Position numbers and translations under genes: made by a program | In this document: in pieces, positions 1 through 9,633 of the stretch | How the letters are laid out: every line of letters starts with the position of its first letter | Position numbering within the stretch: the first letter of the stretch is position 1 | Notes under the pieces: model-generated | Told to the model about the DNA's origin: nothing | Databases searched by the model: none | The model's input: only the letters and a program-made list of their open reading frames with translations | Origin: Lachnospiraceae bacterium | GTDB lineage: Bacteria > Bacillota > Clostridia > Lachnospirales > Lachnospiraceae | Direction of reading: 5' to 3' | Assembly: GCA_024692715.1 (NCBI GenBank) | Contig: JAILMH010000073.1 | Coordinates: 1,171-65,170, forward strand | DNA: 64,000 bases

Positions 1-395
<395 letters not shown>

Positions 396-418
396 TCAAG
401 ACTGATTTGCTCCATTTG

Positions 419-1246
419 TTACTTTCTCGAAGTAACTCTTGAAATATGCACAGTCAGATACAGCATTTCTTCATCTGTAACATTCTGACCATTCTTAGCT
501 TCCATATAACTTTTTATACGCTCTGCGCATCTTCTGCTCTCTGGAAGTTTTTTGCAGATAGCCTCGTACACATCATTATCTTCTGACGGGTAATACTGTT
601 TTTTCTCAGCACGCTGCAGAAAATATTTAAGATGTGTGATAAACCTCTCATAACTTAGAGAATTTTCATCAAGATCTGCCTTACATGTATAACGCACAAT
701 ATTCAGAATGTCTTGAAGCATCTCCGGAGTTTCCGCTGTATGATGCATTTCTCCATCAAGTTCCGCATTTACTATGTGCAATGCAAAAAAGCCTGCTTCA
801 TCCTCAGGAAGTTCTACATCGAGCCTTTCCTTAATGATCTCAAGCGCATGCTTTCCTATAACAAACTCAGGCGCATAGTATTTTTTTATTTCCCAAAGCA
901 ATTCGTTTTTTAACGGTATCCCCTTTTTCTTTCTCTCGATAGCAAAGTCAAGGTGATCCGTAAGCGTAATATAGACATTATTACTTAAATGCTTGGAAAG
1001 ATGTGTAGATGCATATTTGATTATCTCATCAGCAGTCTGCACTTCTTCATACGGTAACTCTGATACAAGCTGCTTAAATTGCTCATTTGGCTGAGACATG
1101 ACAAATTCTTTTTCTATCTTGGATTTATCCAACTCGTCACCAACTTTTTTACCAAAACAAATTCCACAGCCGGTATATATTACTTCATTTCCATTATCAT
1201 CTGACGACAACGCCGCATTATTATTAAAAATTTTCCTGATTATCAT
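419..1246 (-). CDS. licT: BglG/LicT family PRD-domain transcriptional antiterminator
   Basis: N-terminal CAT domain (IRKIFNNNAA...GCGICFGKKVGD), two PRDs with LTDH and FITH histidines, C-terminal EMLYLTVHI; upstream RAT and downstream GH1 gene. Confidence 0.93.
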   Translation of the reverse strand: MIIRKIFNNNAALSSDDNGNEVIYTGCGICFGKKVGDELDKSKIEKEFVMSQPNEQFKQLVSELPYEEVQTADEIIKYASTHLSKHLSNNVYITLTDHLDFAIERKKKGIPLKNELLWEIKKYYAPEFVIGKHALEIIKERLDVELPEDEAGFFALHIVNAELDGEMHHTAETPEMLQDILNIVRYTCKADLDENSLSYERFITHLKYFLQRAEKKQYYPSEDNDVYEAICKKLPESRRCAERIKSYMEAKNGQNVTDEEMLYLTVHISRVTSRK

Positions 1247-1284
1247 AAAACTTATTATAAATTATTTAGTTACTTTTTTAAATC

Positions 1285-1350
1285 AAAAAAGACCGGGTCG
1301 CGAATAATATATTCACTTTTACAGTGAATATAAAAATTTACGATCCAGTC
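1285..1350 (-). terminator. Intrinsic terminator of the licT leader, overlapping the RAT
   Basis: - strand GACTGGATCGT...GCGACCCGGTC stem enclosing inner hairpin ATATTCAC/GTGAATAT, followed by TTTTTT. Confidence 0.85.
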
Positions 1351-1373
1351 TTGCCTGTCGCCAGTAACAATCT
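1347..1373 (-). promoter_or_regulatory. RAT (ribonucleic antiterminator) for a BglG/LicT-type protein
   Basis: - strand AGATTGTTACTGGCGACAGGCAAGACT resembles the RAT pattern GGATTGTTACTG...CAGGCAA; its 3' end overlaps the 5' arm of the terminator. Confidence 0.88.
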
Positions 1374-1392
1374 GAAATATTGTGATAAATAT

Positions 1393-1421
1393 ATTATATA
1401 ATTTAATACTCTTTTAGTCAA
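1393..1421 (-). promoter_or_regulatory. sigma70/sigmaA promoter of the licT-GH1 operon
   Basis: TTGACT-17 nt-TATAAT directly upstream of the RAT. Confidence 0.8.
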
Positions 1422-1443
1422 TATTTACATTAATTAAAAAAGA

Positions 1444-2544
1444 TCAAAAGACACTTCTGACAGCATTCATAAATCCGACAGATGTTTTTTCAAATCCGAA
1501 CAGGCAGGTTTTCTCTTTTCCGGCCACGGACATATCGTTTGCAAGCTTTTCATCTCTAAGAAGCTTCAAAATCGAATCAGAAAAAGCCTTTGAGTTGAAC
1601 GGGTCAATTATAAATCCCGTTTTTCCCTCGTCTATAAGGTCGTATGAGCTGTCAGCATACTTCGATGCAATGACAGGTAGTCCACAGCACATGGCTTCAA
1701 GTGTTACAAGTCCAAAGCAATCCTCTCGTGTGGGAAATACAAAAATTCCAGCATTTTCATACTCTGCTGTAAGATCATCTCCGCTCATAAAGCCCTTGAA
1801 TATGACCTTTTCAGCTATCCCAAGCTCTTCTGCCCGTCTTTCAAGGTTAGCCTTTTCCGGGCCTTCTCCTACAAGATGAAGCTCCCAGTTTTCATTTTTT
1901 ATAAGTGAAAGCGCATTGAGTAAAAGATCTATACCTTTTCTCTCTATCAGACCTCCGACTGCCACAAGAGTACCATTATGTCTGTAATTTCTTCCTGCAC
2001 TGCCGTATCTCCTGATATCTATCGCCAACTCACTTATATATATACGCTCAGGATCAGCACCCAGATAAATCTGATTTTCTCTCGTCTTTGTCGAGCTTGC
2101 GATAAACGCCGCTGTCTTTCTTACTATATATTTTCTAAATATCTTTTGATAAAATCTTATATTTCTTTCAGCATATCTGGTTCCATCTGACCAGGAAATA
2201 TAAGGAACATGATTTTTATTACACCAATGCTTTGCCATGAGTGCAGCTGCATTATATTCCATCGATACTACTACATCCGGAAAAATTGATTCTATTTCAG
2301 CACCGCACCCGCTTGGAAGAAATTTTTCTGTAATATCCTTCCCTGTGGCACGGATCACCTTTGATCTAAGCGTGTGTACATTTATTAATCGTTCTTCACC
2401 GCCGCTCCATTTTCTAAAAGAGCCTTCATTTCCAGATTGAAACAATATATGTATTTCAAAGTCGTCAACCGTTTTCTGAAGATATTCAAAAAAATCTACT
2501 CGATATGGCGATGGTATATTTGTTATTATCAGTAGTTTTTTCAT
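1444..2544 (-). CDS. GT4 family (Glycos_transf_1) glycosyltransferase
   Basis: VGGLIERKGIDLL, LVGEGP, FVFPTREDCFGLVTLEAMCCGLPVIAS (EX7E motif). Confidence 0.9.
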   Translation of the reverse strand: MKKLLIITNIPSPYRVDFFEYLQKTVDDFEIHILFQSGNEGSFRKWSGGEERLINVHTLRSKVIRATGKDITEKFLPSGCGAEIESIFPDVVVSMEYNAAALMAKHWCNKNHVPYISWSDGTRYAERNIRFYQKIFRKYIVRKTAAFIASSTKTRENQIYLGADPERIYISELAIDIRRYGSAGRNYRHNGTLVAVGGLIERKGIDLLLNALSLIKNENWELHLVGEGPEKANLERRAEELGIAEKVIFKGFMSGDDLTAEYENAGIFVFPTREDCFGLVTLEAMCCGLPVIASKYADSSYDLIDEGKTGFIIDPFNSKAFSDSILKLLRDEKLANDMSVAGKEKTCLFGFEKTSVGFMNAVRSVF

Positions 2545-2550
2545 GAGCTT

Positions 2551-4011
2551 TTAGAATCTCATCTTCTTTACCGTCTGTATAAGATCACGGTTATTCTTTG
2601 TATGTGCAAAAAGATCAATGAGCTTTTCGATAGAATCCTCTGACTTGGCGCCATTAACACCTCTGTGGATGATCTCAAGTGCTTCAAGCTCATCCTGGCT
2701 GAGAAGAAGGTCATCTCGTCTGGTACTTGACTTCTGAAGGTCGATTGCAGGGAATACTCTCTTTTCCTGAAGCTTTCTGTTAAGAACCATTTCCATATTA
2801 CCGGTTCCCTTGAATTCCTCATATACAACATCATCCATCTTACTTCCTGTTTCAACAAGTGCTGTTGCAAGTATAGTAAGTGAACCGCCGTCTCTCATAT
2901 TTCTGGCAGCACCAAAAAATCTCTTTGGCATGTGGAGAGCTGCAGGATCAAGACCACCTGAAAGTGTACGTCCTGATGGCGGAACTGTAAGGTTATAGGC
3001 CCTTGTGAGTCGTGTGATAGAATCAAGAAGGATCATAACATCTCTCTTTTCCTCTACAAGTCTTCTTGCTCTTTCCATAACCATCTCTGAGACTCTCTTA
3101 TGGTGATCCGGAAGCTCATCAAATGTTGAGTAGATAACCTCTACATTATCACCAACGATCGACTCCTTGATATCAGTTACTTCCTCCGGACGCTCGTCGA
3201 TAAGAAGGATTATAAGGTGGATCTCAGGATTTGACTTGGTTACAGCCTTTGCAATCTGCTTAAGAAGTGTAGTCTTACCAGCCTTAGGCGGTGAAACGAT
3301 CATTCCTCGCTGGCCCTTACCGATAGGTGAGAGAAGATCTGTCATCCTCATTGCTACTGTATTGTTACCATCTTCAAGACGAATTCTCTCATCCGGAAAG
3401 ATAGGTGTCATCTGCTCAAAATTAGGGCGACGCTCACGAAGCTCAGGGCTTCTTCCATTTACACTCTTAACAAAAAGAAGCGCACTGAATTTCTCTCCTG
3501 AAGTCTTTATTCTCTTATTTCCTTCTACAACATCACCTGTTCTAAGATTAAATCTTCTGATCTGACTTGGTGCAACATATACATCATCATTTCCCGGAAG
3601 ATAATTGTCACTTCTGATAAATCCAAATCCATCAGGCATAACCTCAAGAATGCCCTTTGCAAGTACTCCGGAATCAAGCGATGACTTATCCTCATCTGAT
3701 TCCTCTGCATCAATATCCGCTGACTCTCTTACATCTTTAACTTCTTCGTTTTTATGAACTATCGATTTTCTCTTATATCCTGTCTGCTCTGCATGTGCAT
3801 GTTCGGAAGCTGATCTCTCTTCCGTCTTTCTGTCAGGCTTACGTTCTGTCTTTCTCGCAGCCCCTGTTTCTGTCGCTGTCTCACTTCCCTGTGAAACGAT
3901 GAGCGCATCAATAAGATCCGCCTTCTTCATTGTTGAAACGCCTTTAATTCCAGCGTTTTTTCCCATCTCCTTTAAAACAGCAAGGGAGAGAGTTTCTAAC
4001 TTTTCTCGCAT
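2551..4011 (-). CDS. rho: Transcription termination factor Rho
   Basis: Rho N-terminal helix, charged linker, [18 protein letters not shown]-binding domain, PPKAGKT Walker [19 protein letters not shown]. Confidence 0.98.
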   Translation of the reverse strand: MREKLETLSLAVLKEMGKNAGIKGVSTMKKADLIDALIVSQGSETATETGAARKTERKPDRKTEERSASEHAHAEQTGYKRKSIVHKNEEVKDVRESADIDAEESDEDKSSLDSGVLAKGILEVMPDGFGFIRSDNYLPGNDDVYVAPSQIRRFNLRTGDVVEGNKRIKTSGEKFSALLFVKSVNGRSPELRERRPNFEQMTPIFPDERIRLEDGNNTVAMRMTDLLSPIGKGQRGMIVSPPKAGKTTLLKQIAKAVTKSNPEIHLIILLIDERPEEVTDIKESIVGDNVEVIYSTFDELPDHHKRVSEMVMERARRLVEEKRDVMILLDSITRLTRAYNLTVPPSGRTLSGGLDPAALHMPKRFFGAARNMRDGGSLTILATALVETGSKMDDVVYEEFKGTGNMEMVLNRKLQEKRVFPAIDLQKSSTRRDDLLLSQDELEALEIIHRGVNGAKSEDSIEKLIDLFAHTKNNRDLIQTVKKMRF

Positions 4012-4131
4012 TTAATCCTCCATCTAAAATTTATAATTATTATTTAAGTCAACTTTTGGGATTAATATCTCTTACTGCGCACGCAGTATTGAAATGAATA
4101 TTGATTTATCGATTAGTTTTAAGACTTTTAG

Positions 4132-4160
4132 ATTATACTGCCTGCATACAATAATTGCAA
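4132..4160 (-). promoter_or_regulatory. Putative rho promoter
   Basis: TTGCAA-17 nt-TATAAT about 120 nt upstream of the rho ATG. Confidence 0.65.
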
Positions 4161-4223
4161 GCAGTATATGTTTTTATTTAAAACCATTTTTATTAAAATT
4201 TAGTTAATTATTTTTATAATATT

Positions 4224-5558
4224 TTAATTTTCATCTTTAACGGAATCTTTTAACTTCTTCATGTGCTCCCTGATCTTCTTCTCATAACCCATTCCTGACG
4301 GATCATAAAACTCTTTTCCATTAAGCTCATAGGGAAGATACTGCTGCTTACAGTAGTGTTCCGGGTAATCATGTGGATATTTATATCCCGTACCGTGTCC
4401 AAGTTTTTCCGCACTTTTATAATGAGCATCCTGCAGATGTGTAGGTATCGTCACTCTTCCTGCCTCCTGTACTGCTCTGTTAGCACTAAAGATCGCCTCG
4501 CACGATGCGTTGCTCTTTGGTGCTGTCGCAATGTATGTAGCCGCCTGCGAAAGTATTATCTGTGCCTCAGGCATTCCTACTCTTTCAACCGCAAGACTTG
4601 CTGCCACCGCAACCTGAAGTGCCTGCGGATCAGCATTTCCAACATCCTCTGAAGCGCTGATCATCATACGTCTTGCTATAAATTTAATATCTTCTCCTGC
4701 GTTCAGCATCCTTGCAAGATAAAATACCGCTGCATCTGGATCTGATCCACGAAGACTTTTGATAAATGCAGATATCGTGTCATAGTGGTTATCTCCATCT
4801 TTATCATAACGGACTTTTCGCTTCTGGATACATTCTTCAGCCACCTCCAGCGTGATATGTATCTTTCCATCAGGCGATTTTTCTGTGGTCATGACCGCAA
4901 GTTCAAGCGCATTTAAGGCTGATCTGGCATCTCCGTCTGAAAGGTCGCTCAAAAAACCCAGAGCTTCGTCATCAATCTCTGCATTATATGATCCAAGGCC
5001 CTTGTCATGATCCGTCAGTGCACGCATGAGAAGATCTTCTATATTCTTTTTTGTAAGAGGCTTTAATTCAAATATTATAGACCTTGAAAGCAAAGCACCA
5101 TTTACTTCAAAGTATGGATTTTCTGTTGTCGCACCGATAAGTATTATTGTTCCGTCTTCTACAAAAGGAAGAAGATAATCCTGCTGCCCTTTATTAAAGC
5201 GGTGGATCTCATCTATGAAAAGTATCGTTTTCTTGTGATACATTCCGAGATTTTCCTTTGCCTGCTGCACCACGCCTTCCATGTCCTTTTTCCCGGCAAC
5301 AGTTGCATTAAGCTGAACGAACTCTGCTTTAGTGGTATTGGCAATTACCTTTGCAATTGTTGTTTTTCCTGTTCCGGGAGGGCCATAAAGAACTATAGAA
5401 GAAAGTTTGTCGGCTTTTATCGCTCTGTAAAGCATCTTTCCTTTTCCGACAATATGCTCCTGACCAACGATCTCTTCCAGTGTCGTCGGTCGCAGTCGAG
5501 CAGCCAGCGGTGATTCTTTTTCCATCGTATTTTGACGCATATATTCAAATATATCCAT
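4224..5558 (-). CDS. rarA: Replication-associated recombination AAA+ ATPase RarA/MgsA
   Basis: SPLAARLRP, GPPGTGKTT, FIDEIHRF, GATTENPYF, ISAFIKSLRGSDPDAA, SEDVGNADP, YKYPHDY. Confidence 0.96.
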   Translation of the reverse strand: MDIFEYMRQNTMEKESPLAARLRPTTLEEIVGQEHIVGKGKMLYRAIKADKLSSIVLYGPPGTGKTTIAKVIANTTKAEFVQLNATVAGKKDMEGVVQQAKENLGMYHKKTILFIDEIHRFNKGQQDYLLPFVEDGTIILIGATTENPYFEVNGALLSRSIIFELKPLTKKNIEDLLMRALTDHDKGLGSYNAEIDDEALGFLSDLSDGDARSALNALELAVMTTEKSPDGKIHITLEVAEECIQKRKVRYDKDGDNHYDTISAFIKSLRGSDPDAAVFYLARMLNAGEDIKFIARRMMISASEDVGNADPQALQVAVAASLAVERVGMPEAQIILSQAATYIATAPKSNASCEAIFSANRAVQEAGRVTIPTHLQDAHYKSAEKLGHGTGYKYPHDYPEHYCKQQYLPYELNGKEFYDPSGMGYEKKIREHMKKLKDSVKDEN

Positions 5559-5734
5559 TATACGAACTGATTTTTCTCCTCATCATAATGATAATCTATC
5601 ATTTTTAACTTATCTATAAGATAGCTTGTCTCTACATCGTTTGCCTTGCAAAACCTTTCTAATGTAGGGAATCTGTCCCTGAGTTCTGTATTAACAACGC
5701 TCATAAGCATAACCGGATCTTCTGGTAAATACAT
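5558..5734 (-). CDS. Small DUF4250-like protein, 58 aa (below the ORF-track cutoff)
   Basis: Manual translation MYLPEDPVMLMSVVNTELRDRFPTLERFCKANDVETSYLIDKLKMIDYHYDEEKNQFV; GGAG RBS; TAA stop overlaps the rarA ATG; pattern LP.DP.ML.S..N..LRD...Y.YD...NQF recalled for DUF4250. Confidence 0.8.
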   Translation of the reverse strand: MYLPEDPVMLMSVVNTELRDRFPTLERFCKANDVETSYLIDKLKMIDYHYDEEKNQFV

Positions 5735-5834
5735 GTTTTTGCTCCATTTCTATCTCTGTCATTAATTAAATATTTATAGCACAAACGCAGCTATTATTCC
5801 ATAAGATTTCTATTAATTCTTTCTCAATTACACC

Positions 5835-5867
5835 AAAAAGACCGCTCGCATTTAACGAACGGTCTTT
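5835..5867 (-). terminator. Intrinsic terminator after secDF and the small export protein
   Basis: - strand AAAGACCGTTCG/CGAGCGGTC stem followed by TTTTT. Confidence 0.8.
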
Positions 5868-5873
5868 GATATC

Positions 5874-6350
5874 TCACCCAACGAAAGCTGTGAAAGCTGA
5901 TGCAAAACACAGAGAAACTATAGTCATTATAGCTCCTGCAAGCAGAACTCCTGAAAGAACTGCAGCTGTGCTCTTTTTAAATCCAAGGTTCAAAAAGCTT
6001 GCTCCAAGAACCCCTGTCCACGCACCTGTTCCCGGAAGTGGAATTCCCACAAATAATGCAAGTGCGATAAAAACACCACGTCCATCTGAATGAAGTGCTT
6101 TACTGGCTTTCTCACCCTTTTTAATACACCAGGTAAAGAAGCCTCCGATAACCGGCTTATCCTTTCCCCATTCAAGAATTCTTCTTGCAAAGAGGTAGAT
6201 AAACGGAACCGGGATCATGTTTCCGACAACAGCAATTATTATTGCCTGGTATGCAGGAATCCCTGCATGAACTGCATAGGGAATTGCCCCACGCAGCTCA
6301 ATGAGCGGAACCATAGATATTAAAAATGTGCTTACATAACTAGATATCAT
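5874..6350 (-). CDS. Small multidrug-export family membrane protein (COG2426-like)
   Basis: SMVPLIELRGAIP, GNMIPVPFI, LFVGIPLPGTGAWTG motifs; four hydrophobic segments. Confidence 0.85.
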   Translation of the reverse strand: MISSYVSTFLISMVPLIELRGAIPYAVHAGIPAYQAIIIAVVGNMIPVPFIYLFARRILEWGKDKPVIGGFFTWCIKKGEKASKALHSDGRGVFIALALFVGIPLPGTGAWTGVLGASFLNLGFKKSTAAVLSGVLLAGAIMTIVSLCFASAFTAFVG

Positions 6351-8521
6351 TTTTTCTTAGATCCTCTTGTCTTCCAAAGTCCCCATACTGTAGCGGCGAT
6401 GCATACTGAAGAATATGTACCACTTGCAAGACCAAATGCCATTGGAAGTGCAAACTGATAAATAGAAGTAATTCTATACATAATAGATGCAACCAGGATA
6501 ATAACTACACAGAGAATAGTTGTAATTGAAGTATTCACTGATCTTGAAATAACCTGTGTTACAGACTTATCAATAAGCTCTGTAAACTCCATATTTACGT
6601 GGAGATTGCGATTCTCACGGATTCTGTCATATACAACGATAGTATCGTTGATCGAATAACCGATGATAGTCAGTACTACTGCAACAAATGAATCACCGAT
6701 CGGGATACCGAATACTACGAATGCAAACAATACGATACATACATCATGTAAAAGTGCAAGGATAGCTGTTGCACCTGCTGAAAGTCCTGAAAGTGCAGAG
6801 AAACGGATTCCAATGTAACCAAGGATCAACAGGAATGAAACTATGATTGCTATACCAGCCTTACGAAGTGCCTTTGCACCAATATAAGGCTCAACTGCGT
6901 ATGTCTGGCTTGGCTCGAGATCAGAAACACCGATAACTTCGCCGACTGCATCACTTATCTGTGACTGTTCCTCAGGTGTAACACCTGTATTTCCGGCCAT
7001 TGTTACCACAAGTGATGTCTCATTTGTTGCTGCGCTCTTTGAAAGCTGAATTGTAGCGTTTCTGTTGAGAACACCGTCAACAGCTGTCTTAACTGCAGCT
7101 TCGTCAACACTGTTTGCGCTGATAGTATAGTTGATAACTGTACCACCCTTGAACTGTGTATCAAGATTGATTCCTTTTACACAGATAGAAGCAATACCGA
7201 TTACAAAGAGAAGACCTGAAATAACAAATACGACTGCTCTCTTCTCAAAGAACTTAAGGTCACTCTTTTCTTTCTTAGGGTTGAAGAATCCAACCTTATC
7301 AAATACCTTGTACTGAAGGATTGACTGAAGTACGATTCTAGATACCTGTACACCTACAAAGCAGTTAACGATAACACCTACAAGAAGTGTAAAGCCGAAT
7401 GAGATCATTGTACCTGATCCGGCAAGCATAAGCACGATTGCTACGATAGCTGTTGTAATATTACCATCAAGTACGGCAACAAATGCCTTTGAATAACCTC
7501 TTGCTACTGCAGTCTTTACTGTCTCTCCCTTTGCAAGCTCTTCTGATATACGCTCTGCAATGATAACATTCGCATCAACTGCCATACCTACTGAAAGAAT
7601 GATACCTGCAATACCTGGAAGTGTCAGTGTGTACTGTGAAATTGAAACAGCAAGAAGCTGAAGAAGCATCTGGAATACGAGCATTAGACATGCTACAAAA
7701 CCAGGAAGTCTGTAAAGTACAAGCATGAACAGGCAAACTACTGCAAATGCAATAAGACCTGCCTCAACCATTACATTAAGAGCATTTGCTCCAAGTGAAG
7801 GGCTTACAGTACTGAAGCTTCGTGTTTCAAGTGAGAATGGAAGTGCACCGGCATTGATCTTTGTTGCAAGATCTCTTGCCTCTTCGATTCCATCCATTCC
7901 TGTGATAACAGCCTGTCCACCGGAGATCTCCTGCTGAACTGTAGGATTTGAAAGAAGTGTATCATCCATATAGATACCCATCTGCTGACCTACAAGACTT
8001 GCAGTTGCCTCTTTGAACTTCTGCGCACCCTCTGAGTTAAAAGTAAGTGCAACAACATAGCTTACAACACCATTTTCATTCTGTGCTTCAGCCTTTGCGG
8101 ATGCTACGTCCTTACCTTCAACCATGACGTTTCCGCTAGGATCACGGAATGAAAGCTCAGCCATTTCACCGAGTTCCTGAATAGCCTCTTCAGGATCGTA
8201 GTCCTTCTCATCTGACTTCCATGGGAAGCGAACGATGATGTACCCACCGTCTTTATCAATTGTTACCTCACGGTCTGCAATGTTCTCTCCATCAAGACGG
8301 GTCTCGATGATACTTCTGGCTGACTCAAGTTCTTCAGAAGTAACTTTCTCCTCTGTTGCGGGTTTGAATACAGCTTCGACACCACCACGGATATCGATAC
8401 CAAACCTCATCTCTCTGATACCTTTGATCTGGTCACCAAGTCCGAATGCGGCAAGGAGTCCCAGCAGCAGCGTGAAAATAAGGAATACAATTACGCCGCC
8501 TTTTGTTGCTTTGGATTTCAT
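6347..8521 (-). CDS. secDF: Fused protein translocase subunit SecDF
   Basis: FGIDIRGG, AGALP, GPS-like SPSLG, GMAVDANVIIAERI (SecD half); LDTQFKGG, IIGYSINDTIVVYDRIREN, GTYSS (SecF half). Confidence 0.95.
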   Translation of the reverse strand: MKSKATKGGVIVFLIFTLLLGLLAAFGLGDQIKGIREMRFGIDIRGGVEAVFKPATEEKVTSEELESARSIIETRLDGENIADREVTIDKDGGYIIVRFPWKSDEKDYDPEEAIQELGEMAELSFRDPSGNVMVEGKDVASAKAEAQNENGVVSYVVALTFNSEGAQKFKEATASLVGQQMGIYMDDTLLSNPTVQQEISGGQAVITGMDGIEEARDLATKINAGALPFSLETRSFSTVSPSLGANALNVMVEAGLIAFAVVCLFMLVLYRLPGFVACLMLVFQMLLQLLAVSISQYTLTLPGIAGIILSVGMAVDANVIIAERISEELAKGETVKTAVARGYSKAFVAVLDGNITTAIVAIVLMLAGSGTMISFGFTLLVGVIVNCFVGVQVSRIVLQSILQYKVFDKVGFFNPKKEKSDLKFFEKRAVVFVISGLLFVIGIASICVKGINLDTQFKGGTVINYTISANSVDEAAVKTAVDGVLNRNATIQLSKSAATNETSLVVTMAGNTGVTPEEQSQISDAVGEVIGVSDLEPSQTYAVEPYIGAKALRKAGIAIIVSFLLILGYIGIRFSALSGLSAGATAILALLHDVCIVLFAFVVFGIPIGDSFVAVVLTIIGYSINDTIVVYDRIRENRNLHVNMEFTELIDKSVTQVISRSVNTSITTILCVVIILVASIMYRITSIYQFALPMAFGLASGTYSSVCIAATVWGLWKTRGSKKK

Positions 8522-8554
8522 TTTCCCTTTATACCTTTCTGGATTTAATCATGC

Positions 8555-8579
8555 AAAAGCGGATGCGAAACGCACCCGC
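8555..8579 (-). terminator. GC-rich hairpin with short U-tract between the SPFH gene and secDF
   Basis: - strand GCGGGTGCG-TTT-CGCATCCGC then TTTT. Confidence 0.6.
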
Positions 8580-8590
8580 GCACATGTTCA

Positions 8591-8619
8591 ATGATAACAA
8601 AATAACCGTTTTACTTCAA
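8591..8619 (-). promoter_or_regulatory. Putative secDF promoter
   Basis: TTGAAG-17 nt-TATCAT with extended -10 TG. Confidence 0.55.
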
Positions 8620-8620
8620 G

Positions 8621-9538
8621 TTATTTAAGTGCTTCTTTAACGCCTGAAGCAAGTCCGGCTATACCCTGAATTTCAGAAGGGATGATGATCTTTGTAGCCT
8701 GACCGTCTGCCGCCTTCTCAAAAGCTTCAAGGCTCTTAAGCTTGATAACTGAATCATCAGCTCCGGCCTCACGGATCATTCTGATACCGTCAGCTGTTGC
8801 CTGCTGTACCTTAATGATAGCCTGAGCTTTACCTTCAGCTTCATGTATCTCACGTTCTCTTTCTGCTTCTGCCGCAAGAATAGTTGCCTGTTTCTGCGCT
8901 TCAGCCCTAAGAACTGCCGACTCTTTGTTACCTTCTGCCTCAAGGATCATTGACTGCTTATGTCCCTCTGCTGTAAGTATCTCTGCTCTCTTTTCTCTTT
9001 CAGCCTTCATCTGCTTCTCCATCGCTTCGCGAATAGCTGCAGGAGGCATAATATTTTTAAGTTCAACTCTTGTTACTTTGATTCCCCATGGATCAGTAGC
9101 AATATCGATAGTATGAAGCATCTTTGAATTGATTATCTCACGGCTTGTAAGTGTTTCATCAAGTGTCATATCACCGATGATATTACGAAGTGTTGTCGCT
9201 GTAAGATTTTCCATAGCGAGCAACGCATTCTCTACACCATAAGAATAAAGTCTCGGATCAACAACCATATAATAAACTACTGAGTCGATCTGCATTGTAA
9301 CATTATCTTTTGTGATAACCGGCTGTGGCGCAAAATCTGCAACTCTTTCCTTCAAAATGACCCGTCTTGCGACTCTGTCAACAAAAGGAACCATCACATG
9401 AAGACCTGCATTCCAGGTTTCGCAATAACGTCCAAAACGTTCTACAACATATGCGCTTCCCTGAGGAACGACTCTAATACTTGCTGTTAAAACACACAAT
9501 AATAAACATAAAATTACAATTGGCATAATAAATGGCAT
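8621..9538 (-). CDS. SPFH/band 7 (QmcA/stomatin-like) membrane protein
   Basis: VVERFGRY, GLHVMVPFVD, VITKDNV, LRNIIG.M.LDETLTSR, WGIKVTRVELK, AMEKQMKAEREKRA; start moved from 9604 to the ATG at 9538 because of the AAGGAG RBS. Confidence 0.93.
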   Translation of the reverse strand: MPFIMPIVILCLLLCVLTASIRVVPQGSAYVVERFGRYCETWNAGLHVMVPFVDRVARRVILKERVADFAPQPVITKDNVTMQIDSVVYYMVVDPRLYSYGVENALLAMENLTATTLRNIIGDMTLDETLTSREIINSKMLHTIDIATDPWGIKVTRVELKNIMPPAAIREAMEKQMKAEREKRAEILTAEGHKQSMILEAEGNKESAVLRAEAQKQATILAAEAEREREIHEAEGKAQAIIKVQQATADGIRMIREAGADDSVIKLKSLEAFEKAADGQATKIIIPSEIQGIAGLASGVKEALK

Positions 9539-9575
9539 ATTTTTGTTCTCCTTTTTATGCAATTTTCTACAGTAA

Positions 9576-9627
9576 AGTATACCCCTACAATAGTCTTCTT
9601 GCAAGTGAAATAAGCTTCTGCTATTCT
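9576..9627. promoter_or_regulatory. Divergent promoter pair sharing the palindromic -35 TTGCAA (9599-9604)
   Basis: - strand TTGCAA-17-TATACT toward SPFH; + strand TTGCAA-17-TATTCT with extended TG toward yraN. Confidence 0.6.
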
Positions 9628-9633
9628 TAATTC

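Noticed and set aside
4155-4184. Second bidirectional use of TTGCAA at the rho promoter
   Set aside because: The + strand hexamers at 17-18 nt spacing (TTAAAA, TAAAAC) are poor -10 matches
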